This document shows, piece after piece, positions 8,998 to 16,600 of a stretch of 64,000 nt of DNA (the first letter of the stretch is position 1; each line of letters starts with the position of its first letter). The stretch is taken from positions 6,769 to 70,768 of IMG/VR virus record IMGVR_UViG_3300030330_005082; one strand, 5' to 3'. Origin of the DNA: a virus (taxonomy: Duplodnaviria; Caudoviricetes). The position numbers and the translations under genes were made by a program. The notes under the pieces were generated by a model. It was not told the origin of the DNA and ran no database searches. It saw nothing but the letters and a program-made list of their open reading frames with translations.

Positions 8998-9387
8998 ATG
9001 AACCGCATTACATCTACAATCACATACGGCAACAAACTACCATACGAACAACGCGACGAGTGGCAAAGACAGGCAAACCCATGGACAGCAGAGATAAGAT
9101 ACAAGCGAAGGAGAATGACCGTGCCATTCTGGACGGGCATCATGGCAGACAGCCCCGATACATGGGACGTAGCCTATTGCCTACTGTCAGACGCTCAATG
9201 CGTACATTGGGGTGAATCGTTCGAGGATTTCTGTGCGAACCTCGGCTACGATTCGGACAGCCTGAAGGCATACAGGACATATCAACAAGTACTCAAGCAG
9301 ACCGAATCGCTCAAACGTGTACTCGGTGACGACTTCGAAGATTTCATCGGTCTTGACGAGGACCAACTCAAAAGGATGTGCCGATAA
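8998..9387 (+). CDS. Early phage protein, FEDFC..LGYD.DS.KA family
   Basis: CLLSDA...SFEDFCANLGYDSDSLKAYRTY motif common in phages; AGGACACTA leader. Confidence 0.8.
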   Translation: MNRITSTITYGNKLPYEQRDEWQRQANPWTAEIRYKRRRMTVPFWTGIMADSPDTWDVAYCLLSDAQCVHWGESFEDFCANLGYDSDSLKAYRTYQQVLKQTESLKRVLGDDFEDFIGLDEDQLKRMCR

Positions 9388-9442
9388 GCCCTTCGGGGCC
9401 TCGGCCCTATCAGCAAGGCGCGCATGCGCGCGCGCGTGCATA
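9386..9442 (+). repeat. Intergenic cassette copy 2
   Basis: GCCC-TTCG-GGGC hairpin; GCCCTATCA 9404-9412; 25-bp alternating purine/pyrimidine tract 9418-9442. Confidence 0.9.
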
Positions 9443-9536
9443 ACCACAAAAAAACATTAAATAAAACCCCACAAACGTTAACCAGTATGTTAACATGGGG
9501 TATCCCATGAAGGGATTTATAACAGAGGACACTACA

Positions 9537-10082
9537 ATGAATAAATCACGAAAGACAATCGACTTGAAACTGGCCATCCGAGATGGTGACCCAGCGCAAA
9601 CAGTGAAGGCATATGAGGTATTACCGGGACTGTTCGCCCACAAACTATCCAAGGGTACCTGGCGTATAAGCCATCACAGTGGATACAGTACCGGATGCCA
9701 CTCTAACACACTGAAAGAGTGCAGACGCATTGCACATGACGTGCAAAAAATATACCCGATTGACTGGACACAAGACAGCGAGAAAATCTCTGCTATGCCG
9801 AAAATAGGTAGACAGTGGGTTGATACATTCATGCAACTTGAGAATGGTTATCCCCTCGACGAATACGTCGAGGAGCCATACCAGGAAGAAGAGCCCGATA
9901 ATGATTCACCATTCGAACAGCTATACTGGCAAGGGGAGCCGGTATGGATGCCGGATATGGAACAGGTCAGACGTTGGATTTATGACAGCGTATGCGAGTC
10001 GCTTGACGGTCACACAGTGGAACCGGACGGCTATAGCCCGAACGGTGCTCCTTCTTATCTTATTGCGTTGGGGCTAGTATGA
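9537..10082 (+). CDS. Early hypothetical protein
   Basis: AACAGAGGACACTACAATG leader; C-terminal CESLDGHTVEPDGYSPNGAPSYL motif typical of phage early proteins. Confidence 0.8.
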   Translation: MNKSRKTIDLKLAIRDGDPAQTVKAYEVLPGLFAHKLSKGTWRISHHSGYSTGCHSNTLKECRRIAHDVQKIYPIDWTQDSEKISAMPKIGRQWVDTFMQLENGYPLDEYVEEPYQEEEPDNDSPFEQLYWQGEPVWMPDMEQVRRWIYDSVCESLDGHTVEPDGYSPNGAPSYLIALGLV

Positions 10083-10085
10083 GGT

Positions 10086-10139
10086 AAGCCCTTCGGGGCT
10101 TCGCCCTATCAAGACGGGCGCGCTCGCGCGCGCTCGCAT
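10086..10139 (+). repeat. Intergenic cassette copy 3
   Basis: AAGCCC-TTCG-GGGCTT; GCCCTATCA 10103-10111; GCGCGCTCGCGCGCGCTCGCAT; followed by an A-tract and TTGCAC. Confidence 0.9.
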
Positions 10140-10228
10140 CCACACACAAAAAAACCTTTGCACATGTTCTGCAGTAGGTTAACAGAAAGTATCCCATAGG
10201 GATTCACAACAAACAGAGGACACTACAA

Positions 10229-10474
10229 ATGTTACAGGCAATCACAACACGTTTTATCGGACCAACTAACTTCAGAGGCTCCCGGTTCTCGGCCACATGC
10301 CGAGCGGGTAGGGTCATTGTGCCCCGTGACTTCGCATTAAATGCGAATGATAATCACATCGCAGCCGCAAACGCATTGCGAGAAAAGCTCGGATGGATGG
10401 ATATTGACATGCAATCCGGCATGAATCACAAGCATGAGGGCGTTCACGTTCTTGTGTCTGGAGGTTCAAAATGA
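10229..10474 (+). CDS. Early phage protein, QAI.T...GPTN.RGSR family
   Basis: MLQAITTRFIGPTNFRGSR motif; AGAGGACACTACA leader. Confidence 0.8.
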   Translation: MLQAITTRFIGPTNFRGSRFSATCRAGRVIVPRDFALNANDNHIAAANALREKLGWMDIDMQSGMNHKHEGVHVLVSGGSK

Positions 10475-10719
10475 CAAACTATAAAGAAACCGAAAGCCAG
10501 TTAGTATACAAACCACTCTGGTGGCATGAGCGAGGTCTACAACAGACAGCGAGCGGTTACGGTCGCAAGCTGACAACACCGTATAAAGTGGAGCACAACG
10601 GCAGAATGTACCGCGTCTACTGCGTACAGTTTAGCAACGTAGGCTCGTTCTACATCTTGCCCGGTGGCAAGCCATTGTATCTTTCCATCAGCAACACACA
10701 ATACCCGGAGGTAAAATAA
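10471..10719 (+). CDS. Early phage protein, TASGYG.K family
   Basis: QTASGYGRKLTTPYKV...RVYCVQFSNVGSFYI motif; ATGA-coupled, GGAGG RBS. Confidence 0.8.
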   Translation: MTNYKETESQLVYKPLWWHERGLQQTASGYGRKLTTPYKVEHNGRMYRVYCVQFSNVGSFYILPGGKPLYLSISNTQYPEVK

Positions 10720-10723
10720 AGGG

Positions 10724-10777
10724 TAGCCCTTCGGGGCGAGCCCTATCAAAGATGGGCGCACGCGCGCGCGCTCGCAT
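10724..10777 (+). repeat. Intergenic cassette copy 4
   Basis: GCCC-TTCG-GGGC; GCCCTATCA 10740-10748; GCGCACGCGCGCGCGC 10756-10771. Confidence 0.9.
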
Positions 10778-10912
10778 GGTTTGGCCCACATGGGTCAGGC
10801 GTCAAGAGGTTTTGAGTAGTGTCCTTCCTCTTGGCGCCGCTTTCCATGCGTTGACACACTGAAACCAATACGGACACACTTGCAGCCGGATGGGCATGCA
10901 TGCCGAGGGGAT

Positions 10913-11182
10913 TCAATCGTCCCGTTTCATCCTCTTGGCGCGTTGTCTCGCTGCCCTACGCACCACACTTGCCCGGTCGATGGGCTTCCGTTTCGGGTTC
11001 CCGGACTGTTTTTCGATTCGGCGCTGCGCCATATCGTAGGTTGCAACTGCTTTATAGGCTGACTGTTGGAATACGCTACTCCATACGGCAGGACTGACAC
11101 TTGACATGACGGCGCGAACAATCGGTCCTCCCGTGTTATCGTCCAAATCTATCCACGGAAAAGCCGACTGAGTTTCCACCAT
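10913..11182 (-). CDS. Possible small basic protein
   Basis: 3' part of ORF 10913..11437 from ATG 11182; Arg/Lys-rich C-terminus; weak RBS, opposite strand to its neighbours. Confidence 0.3.
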   Translation of the reverse strand: MVETQSAFPWIDLDDNTGGPIVRAVMSSVSPAVWSSVFQQSAYKAVATYDMAQRRIEKQSGNPKRKPIDRASVVRRAARQRAKRMKRDD

Positions 11183-11217
11183 ATTTTTTATCCCATAAAC
11201 TATTCGAGGAATACCCG

Positions 11218-11682
11218 GTGACTGACATATCAGACAAGTACAATGAGGCTTGCGCCACTTTAAGACGGAGCCGTCTAACCTCACGTGATGCTGACACATT
11301 GCGCTCGATTCCGTTTCAGGGTCTTGATAATCTGGAGCGTGACATCGACAATCACTTGACTGGGCGTTGGCTGAAGTCTGAGGTTCAGGCATGCAGTGTG
11401 CGTTTGTACATGATCTTTCGTGAGATTGAGTCGTCATTTGATCGAGATGGTTCCTTGCGTGAGTATGCGAGATCTCTTGGCGAGACTGCCGTAAGTATGT
11501 TTAACCATATCAGGGGAGGAGGTAGTAAGTCACGGTACACCATAGACCAACTGCATGGATGGTCTGTACTACTCACCAGGCGATGGATGCACGATGGATA
11601 CCAAGTACACATTCTGTGTCATCCCTCGGGAGTTATCGAGCCGATCGTATCCGTAATAGAGCCTCTGTCCCTACCTGAGTAG
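11218..11682 (+). CDS. Hypothetical protein
   Basis: 154 aa, GTG start with GAGGA upstream. Confidence 0.55.
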   Translation: MTDISDKYNEACATLRRSRLTSRDADTLRSIPFQGLDNLERDIDNHLTGRWLKSEVQACSVRLYMIFREIESSFDRDGSLREYARSLGETAVSMFNHIRGGGSKSRYTIDQLHGWSVLLTRRWMHDGYQVHILCHPSGVIEPIVSVIEPLSLPE

Positions 11683-11970
11683 CATTTACTCCTTTGTCCC
11701 TACCACACAAACAAGGTAGGGCCACTCCATATATAAGGTTCAATGGTATCTTTCATCCATTCAAACACCTACTGTCCCCCCATCCCACCCGTTTTCCTAT
11801 AGAGGGGATTTGGTTGTACCCCATATATCTATTAAAGGAATACTATTTACTACCAAAGTAGGTACATACTATATAAGGTAGGGACGGTAGGGACAGTAGA
11901 GATATTCAAGGTTCAATCTACATTTTAACCTGTCCCACAACAAGGGACGCTGTCCCACTGACAGAGGACA
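11666..11970. repeat. Iteron-like TGTCCC(TACC) array in both orientations around an AT-rich core; putative replication origin
   Basis: TGTCCCTACC 11666, 11695; GGTAGGG 11715; TGTCCC 11773, 11931, 11951; GGTAGGGAC 11877, 11886; GGGAC 11944; AAGGTTCAAT twice. Confidence 0.6.
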
Positions 11971-12005
11971 AAAACAACTTTCTTCATTTTTTTCGCTACA
12001 TTTAG

Positions 12006-12034
12006 TGGACACAATCAATATATTCCCTTAAACT
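12006..12034 (+). promoter_or_regulatory. sigma70-type promoter
   Basis: TGGACA-N17-TAAACT with T-rich upstream tract. Confidence 0.6.
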
Positions 12035-12158
12035 GACTAAGTAGTCACAGACAGACACCACAAAGTCACAGTCATTTATATTCGACGACTACCCTATATG
12101 TAGAACCCACTCCCTACATATAGCGACCAAAAACACTACTAAACACAGAGACACTACA

Positions 12159-12788
12159 ATGAATATCAAAACCGCCAAACTGGTTACTGGTCATAAGTCA
12201 GGACTCGGCAAGCCTTCTAAGATGCCTGGTTACTCTACTTCTATTCCTGCTACTGCATGCAAGGTGGGTATGAAACTCGCCAAGGTTGCGGGTTCGGTAT
12301 GCTCGTCATGCTATGCAATGAAGGGACACTACCACTACCCTGATGTGAAAGCCGGTCTGCAACGTAGACTTGACGCGCTACACCATCCACAATGGGTTGA
12401 GGGTATGGTCAAGCTTATTGGGCACTATACCGATCCTGATGATCCCTACTTCCGTATTCACGATAGCGGAGACTTTCAGTCTATTGACCACGTTCTACAA
12501 TGGGTGGAGGTAGCACGTGCCTTGCCATGGGTGAAGTTCTGGGCTCCGTCCCGTGAGCGTGCCATGGTTAAACTTGCTCGCGCTATGGCGGGAGACTGGC
12601 CAGAGAATCTTGTGGTGCGCTTGTCCGCTCCGATGATCGGATCATCATTGAATACCGATCTACCCACTTCATCGGTCGATGCGGACCATGGACAGCAATG
12701 TCCTGCTCCTACTCAGGGTAACCAGTGTGGCGACTGTCGGGCATGCTGGGACCGCAATGTATCCAACGTAAACTACCACAAACACTAA
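12159..12788 (+). CDS. GP88-like protein (Cys-rich)
   Basis: SKMPGYSTSIPATAC...CSSCYA, FRIHDSGDF, WPENLVVRLS, CPA..QGNQCGDCRACW match the phage gp88 family. Confidence 0.8.
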   Translation: MNIKTAKLVTGHKSGLGKPSKMPGYSTSIPATACKVGMKLAKVAGSVCSSCYAMKGHYHYPDVKAGLQRRLDALHHPQWVEGMVKLIGHYTDPDDPYFRIHDSGDFQSIDHVLQWVEVARALPWVKFWAPSRERAMVKLARAMAGDWPENLVVRLSAPMIGSSLNTDLPTSSVDADHGQQCPAPTQGNQCGDCRACWDRNVSNVNYHKH

Positions 12789-12804
12789 ACCACAGAGGTA
12801 TATC

Positions 12805-13230
12805 ATGGGAACCATATCAGGATATTACAGCCGACAAGACGTAGTGAACGATCTTGTCAAGCAATACAGCGGCGAGCGTTTCAGCATCATCGACCGCAAA
12901 GCCACGAACTTTGGACGCCATCTATGGATGGTTATTCAACCGAAGGAAGGCCCATCGTTTGTGTGCCTATTCAAGTTGTCATCATACGGCGGCGACTGGG
13001 GATACAAAGCAATCGATGAATCAATGGGTCCAGTCTATTGGGACTGCCCAGTCTCTCTCATACAGCAAGCCGATCCCCCGACTACTGAGTATGCGACCAA
13101 CTGGCGCAATGAAGTCTATCGATCGAATGGCCGTCTATACAATAACAATAAGACATACACATGTGCGGGTTGTGAGCCCGACGAAAAACATCCAGACGTT
13201 GACTATTGCGACGACTGCGGAGGTAAATGA
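12805..13230 (+). CDS. DUF6927-like protein
   Basis: WGYKAIDESMGPVYWDCP...YATNWR motif. Confidence 0.65.
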   Translation: MGTISGYYSRQDVVNDLVKQYSGERFSIIDRKATNFGRHLWMVIQPKEGPSFVCLFKLSSYGGDWGYKAIDESMGPVYWDCPVSLIQQADPPTTEYATNWRNEVYRSNGRLYNNNKTYTCAGCEPDEKHPDVDYCDDCGGK

Positions 13231-13409
13231 TGGAAACGATACTATCTGAAATACAGGACAAAGTTTGGGACATCTACAAGCTTGCAGAAGAAAAGGGAAA
13301 ACGAAAAAAGATCAGGAAAGAACTGGATGAACTTTGGGATCTTATTGAAGTCGAAAGAAAAGAAACCAGTAGAAACGATTTCATACAGTCAGTCATGGAG
13401 GTGACGTGA
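13227..13409 (+). CDS. Small helical hypothetical protein
   Basis: 60 aa, GGAGG RBS, coupled overlaps on both sides. Confidence 0.65.
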   Translation: MMETILSEIQDKVWDIYKLAEEKGKRKKIRKELDELWDLIEVERKETSRNDFIQSVMEVT

Positions 13410-13681
13410 TGATGTGGATGATTAGACATATAGAAACAGAAAGCGGAGCGCACCTTGACGACTTCGATGATACCGGTACAGCGGTATTACACTGGTCGAA
13501 CGAACACGGATGGTCATCGCGTGAAGATGCCGACGTATGGCCAGACCACATGAAACCGATTGTTGGCCTACCGTTCGGTGGTGAATGGGTACGCACCGAT
13601 CAAATCGATCAAGCCATATGCGTACACTGTGACGACTCACACCATGTAGATGCTGACCATGAATGCAGCGGAGGTATGTGA
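13406..13681 (+). CDS. Hypothetical protein
   Basis: 91 aa, GGAGGTG RBS, C-terminal CxxC/His. Confidence 0.65.
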   Translation: MMMWMIRHIETESGAHLDDFDDTGTAVLHWSNEHGWSSREDADVWPDHMKPIVGLPFGGEWVRTDQIDQAICVHCDDSHHVDADHECSGGM

Positions 13682-14073
13682 TGCCCTACGCCTACGTGCA
13701 ACCCGAAGAAGCATTCGAGATACGCATTCAGTGTACTGAGGAAGAAATACAAAAACACTGTGATGCTGCGCCAGAAAACGATCGTCGAGACTTTGATAAT
13801 CGCGGTGGGCTTCAGATACCTGTCTACCACGTTTACAGAGGCCATAACTTTCCAGATCCGTTGACATTCTGGTATACACTGGATATTAACGAAAGTGAGG
13901 ATAACGAGTTTGATATTCGTATGATTCCAAACTTTCCGATGGAACACAATCCCAACAAACCGAGGTACGGAATGTCTGTTGAAGATCATGCAGTCATACT
14001 ACAAGCTGCGATCAACAAAGGACTGGTCAGTGTTGACGGTTGTACCATTGACATCATGGAGGATAACAACTGA
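13681..14073 (+). CDS. Hypothetical protein
   Basis: ATG 13681 overlaps the upstream TGA; GGAGG RBS. Confidence 0.7.
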   Translation: MPYAYVQPEEAFEIRIQCTEEEIQKHCDAAPENDRRDFDNRGGLQIPVYHVYRGHNFPDPLTFWYTLDINESEDNEFDIRMIPNFPMEHNPNKPRYGMSVEDHAVILQAAINKGLVSVDGCTIDIMEDNN

Positions 14074-14375
14074 TGCCCTTACCCGTTGTCGTGCAGTTTG
14101 AGCGTGAGGTAACCGACGATGTGACTGGTGAAGTCACAGGGTATGTGTTCATCACAGTAGAAGGAGAGTATTGCGAAGGTGACGCCAGTGTGGGCGAAGG
14201 TGATCATCTTCATGCTGAGTTGTCGTACATGCACGGTGACGAGACAAAGACGCCCATTGAGATCACAGACTGGGAAGAGGACCAACTTCTTTCAATATAC
14301 AAGAGTGATCTTGAGTATGAACGTGGTTGGGAGATGGACCACAAAACCAAAGAATACAAACAGAGAGGTGAATGA
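14073..14375 (+). CDS. Acidic hypothetical protein
   Basis: 100 aa, coupled start. Confidence 0.7.
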   Translation: MPLPVVVQFEREVTDDVTGEVTGYVFITVEGEYCEGDASVGEGDHLHAELSYMHGDETKTPIEITDWEEDQLLSIYKSDLEYERGWEMDHKTKEYKQRGE

Positions 14376-14854
14376 TGAGTAGATGGCAAGGACCAGCGCA
14401 CATGTATGCACAGGCTCGACGGCTACATGAACAACGTGAAGAGCATGAACATGAAGTCTGGAAGGAAAACAATCCAGAGTGTGAAAAATGCGGTGAGCGT
14501 GAGCCAAGAGAAACAATGACCGAAGTGTGTGGAGATCGTTGGTGTACGCAATGTGTCGATGAGGATTCCTTTACCTGTGATGTATGCGGTGAGATCTTTC
14601 CTGACGACTATTGTGCAGACCCAAACCTGACCATTGACGTGTACATGTGCAAAGACTGTGATGAGAAGTGCGCTGCTGACAAGACGCGCCATCATGCTCC
14701 AGTAGAGATCCCCATCGGTCACCTGGAATACGTACTGTGGGTGATGGGCAACGCAGCGAAAGACGAGCCGTTTGAGGGTGTAACACCAGGGAACGCAAAG
14801 AAGTGGTTGAAGGAAAGCATCGACCTAATGAAACAATCAATGCCCGATGAATGA
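14372..14854 (+). CDS. Multi-CxxC zinc-finger protein
   Basis: CEKC, CTQC, CDVC, CKDC motifs; GAGGTG RBS. Confidence 0.75.
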   Translation: MMSRWQGPAHMYAQARRLHEQREEHEHEVWKENNPECEKCGEREPRETMTEVCGDRWCTQCVDEDSFTCDVCGEIFPDDYCADPNLTIDVYMCKDCDEKCAADKTRHHAPVEIPIGHLEYVLWVMGNAAKDEPFEGVTPGNAKKWLKESIDLMKQSMPDE

Positions 14855-14862
14855 GGTGAGTG

Positions 14863-15039
14863 ATGGATAACAACGCAGAGAACCGTGAGAGGGTGGCGCT
14901 TGCCGTTTGGGACAGCCTTAGCACAATGGACCTATACGAGATGTTTATCAACCAGGCTGTTGGCCAATATGAAATGGACCCAAACAAGTTCCTGGAAGAT
15001 GCGGAAAAGATGGGCTTCACCGACGAAGAGGGAGAGTAG
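14863..15039 (+). CDS. Small acidic protein (58 aa, below the ORF-track cutoff)
   Basis: Manual translation MDNNAENRERVALAVWDSL...GFTDEEGE; GAGGTG RBS. Confidence 0.65.
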   Translation: MDNNAENRERVALAVWDSLSTMDLYEMFINQAVGQYEMDPNKFLEDAEKMGFTDEEGE

Positions 15040-15040
15040 A

Positions 15041-15403
15041 ATGATTATTTTCGTATTAGACGATGGTGAGACATACACACTGGCCGATCCGGTTGAGGTA
15101 GTGGTCACACCAGAGCAACTGACCCGTATCGAATCTGGTGAGAAGGTGTACCAGGTTGTACCGGACTGGGCCGAGCAGAGCGAGGAACCTGAACCCTTGT
15201 GCAACTGTATGCAATGCACGCGCAAGCGGTGGCCCTATCAATCAAAGACGAACGCGCGCGCGCCCGAGCCCGAGCACACGCCCGAAGAAAATGCAGAGGA
15301 CTTCTTTGTACAAGCCGGGATCGCTGCCGCAGAGGCATTGAAAGAGATGAAGAGGGACTACACCAAGAGCATTGTGGATGCTCAGAACAAAGGAGGTGAG
15401 TGA
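15041..15403 (+). CDS. Hypothetical protein containing a cassette remnant
   Basis: ATG 15041 with GGGAG RBS; MIIFVLDDGETYTL... Confidence 0.6.
   Translation: MIIFVLDDGETYTLADPVEVVVTPEQLTRIESGEKVYQVVPDWAEQSEEPEPLCNCMQCTRKRWPYQSKTNARAPEPEHTPEENAEDFFVQAGIAAAEALKEMKRDYTKSIVDAQNKGGE
15232..15263 (+). repeat. Cassette copy 5 (GCCCTATCA plus CG tract) inside a CDS
   Basis: GCCCTATCA 15232-15240, then ACGCGCGCGCGC 15252-15263. Confidence 0.65.
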
Positions 15404-15576
15404 TGATGGGTAGATACGAGAAATACATGACAGACACTACTGAAGCCGAGCCCAAACCGCATCCTTCGAGTGCGGCAGTAAACATGGTGTTGGCCTTAGA
15501 GTACCAAAAGCGGACTGGCCGACTGCCATCTTGGGCTGTTGTCTCCGAGCGAGTGAATGAGGTGAGTGATGAGTGA
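15403..15576 (+). CDS. Small hypothetical protein (57 aa)
   Basis: Manual translation MMGRYEKYMTD...VNEVSDE; GGAGGTG RBS. Confidence 0.55.
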   Translation: MMGRYEKYMTDTTEAEPKPHPSSAAVNMVLALEYQKRTGRLPSWAVVSERVNEVSDE

Positions 15577-15769
15577 AATGGACAACATAAACATTGACCC
15601 AAGATACATAAAAGAGTTGTGGCATGCGCTGTTCGCGGTGACACATGCTGCGGAACACTTCGGTCATCAAGAACAAATCAACAGCCTATTCAACGATGAG
15701 ACAAACTTAGGCGCCTATGACTATGCGAGCATGGTTCTAAGAGATTCAGTTGTAAAGAACGAAGAGTAG
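15569..15769 (+). CDS. Small hypothetical protein
   Basis: GAGGTG RBS, 66 aa. Confidence 0.65.
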   Translation: MSEMDNINIDPRYIKELWHALFAVTHAAEHFGHQEQINSLFNDETNLGAYDYASMVLRDSVVKNEE

Positions 15770-15779
15770 CAAAACACCA

Positions 15780-15808
15780 TTGACCTATTATCGTTCATAG
15801 ATTAGGCT
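15780..15808 (+). promoter_or_regulatory. sigma70-type promoter
   Basis: TTGACC-N17-TAGGCT. Confidence 0.7.
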
Positions 15809-15834
15809 ACAACACACCGTAAACAGAGGATTAA

Positions 15835-16029
15835 ATGGTTGATATGTGGGAAGATTTTTTAGAGTATGTCCAAAACAAAGGCATACCGATGTCGGACGGC
15901 GACTGGTGCTCAGAGGCACTTGCGTTCTCCGGTGGTAATACAGACGTTGCTTGTGTCTTGCTGGACATGGTCAAGAAGAGTCAAGCGATTCAAAAGGTGG
16001 TGATGACCACTAAACCTGCGGAGGCATGA
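15835..16029 (+). CDS. Small hypothetical protein
   Basis: AACAGAGGA leader, 64 aa. Confidence 0.7.
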   Translation: MVDMWEDFLEYVQNKGIPMSDGDWCSEALAFSGGNTDVACVLLDMVKKSQAIQKVVMTTKPAEA

Positions 16030-16208
16030 TGGACCTAAGCGATGAACGATTCCACACTCGAACGATCCGATGGTCGAAGCTGATACGTGACGGTATTGAC
16101 CCAAAGGTTGTGCTGGTGGAAGCGCAACGCCAAGGCTTTTACAGGCTCGCAAGAAGCGCCAATGAGCGTATACGGAAAGACAATGAGGCAAAGAATGAAC
16201 TGGGTTGA
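16026..16208 (+). CDS. Small hypothetical protein
   Basis: GGAGG RBS, ATGA coupling. Confidence 0.6.
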   Translation: MMDLSDERFHTRTIRWSKLIRDGIDPKVVLVEAQRQGFYRLARSANERIRKDNEAKNELG

Positions 16209-16581
16209 AATCATGCCATCGCTATCCAGACTGGATGTTGTGGTAGGTACGCCTGTTTGCATTCGTCCAGGCCATGAGCCTGCCGGTTGGGGTAGTAAGA
16301 GCAACCAAACGATCACGGTTCGTCCGTGGGGTGACGAACATCCAACGCACTGTCTGATCATCGACAACGAGGGAACCAGCATGCCTGTAACCTGGGAATC
16401 GTTGACCATCGATTTGGATCATCCATTAGGCTTTGCTGCGGCTTTGCTCATACTGAATAGGATTCATTCATCTAAAAATGGATTCAGCACTTTGACCAAG
16501 CTAAGAAACTCTTGGCTGTTTCAAACAACTGATGAGGACAAGCACATACTTGCTGCGTCATTGGTTAAACACTTGAACTAA
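16183..16581 (+). CDS. Hypothetical protein
   Basis: ATG 16183 or 16195; fills the gap in the operon. Confidence 0.6.
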   Translation: MRQRMNWVEIMPSLSRLDVVVGTPVCIRPGHEPAGWGSKSNQTITVRPWGDEHPTHCLIIDNEGTSMPVTWESLTIDLDHPLGFAAALLILNRIHSSKNGFSTLTKLRNSWLFQTTDEDKHILAASLVKHLN

Positions 16582-16600
16582 ACACACAGGGAGGTGTCTT

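Noticed and set aside
8186-10777. Cassette repeats as a CRISPR mini-array or integron attC sites
   Set aside because: Spacing is 0.6-1.2 kb with whole genes in between, the repeats are degenerate, no RYYYAAC/GTTRRRY ends were seen, and no cas or integrase gene was recognised.
11183-11437. 5' half of minus-strand ORF 10913..11437
   Set aside because: Antisense to the better-supported 11218..11682 ORF, with Cys/His-rich, shadow-like composition.
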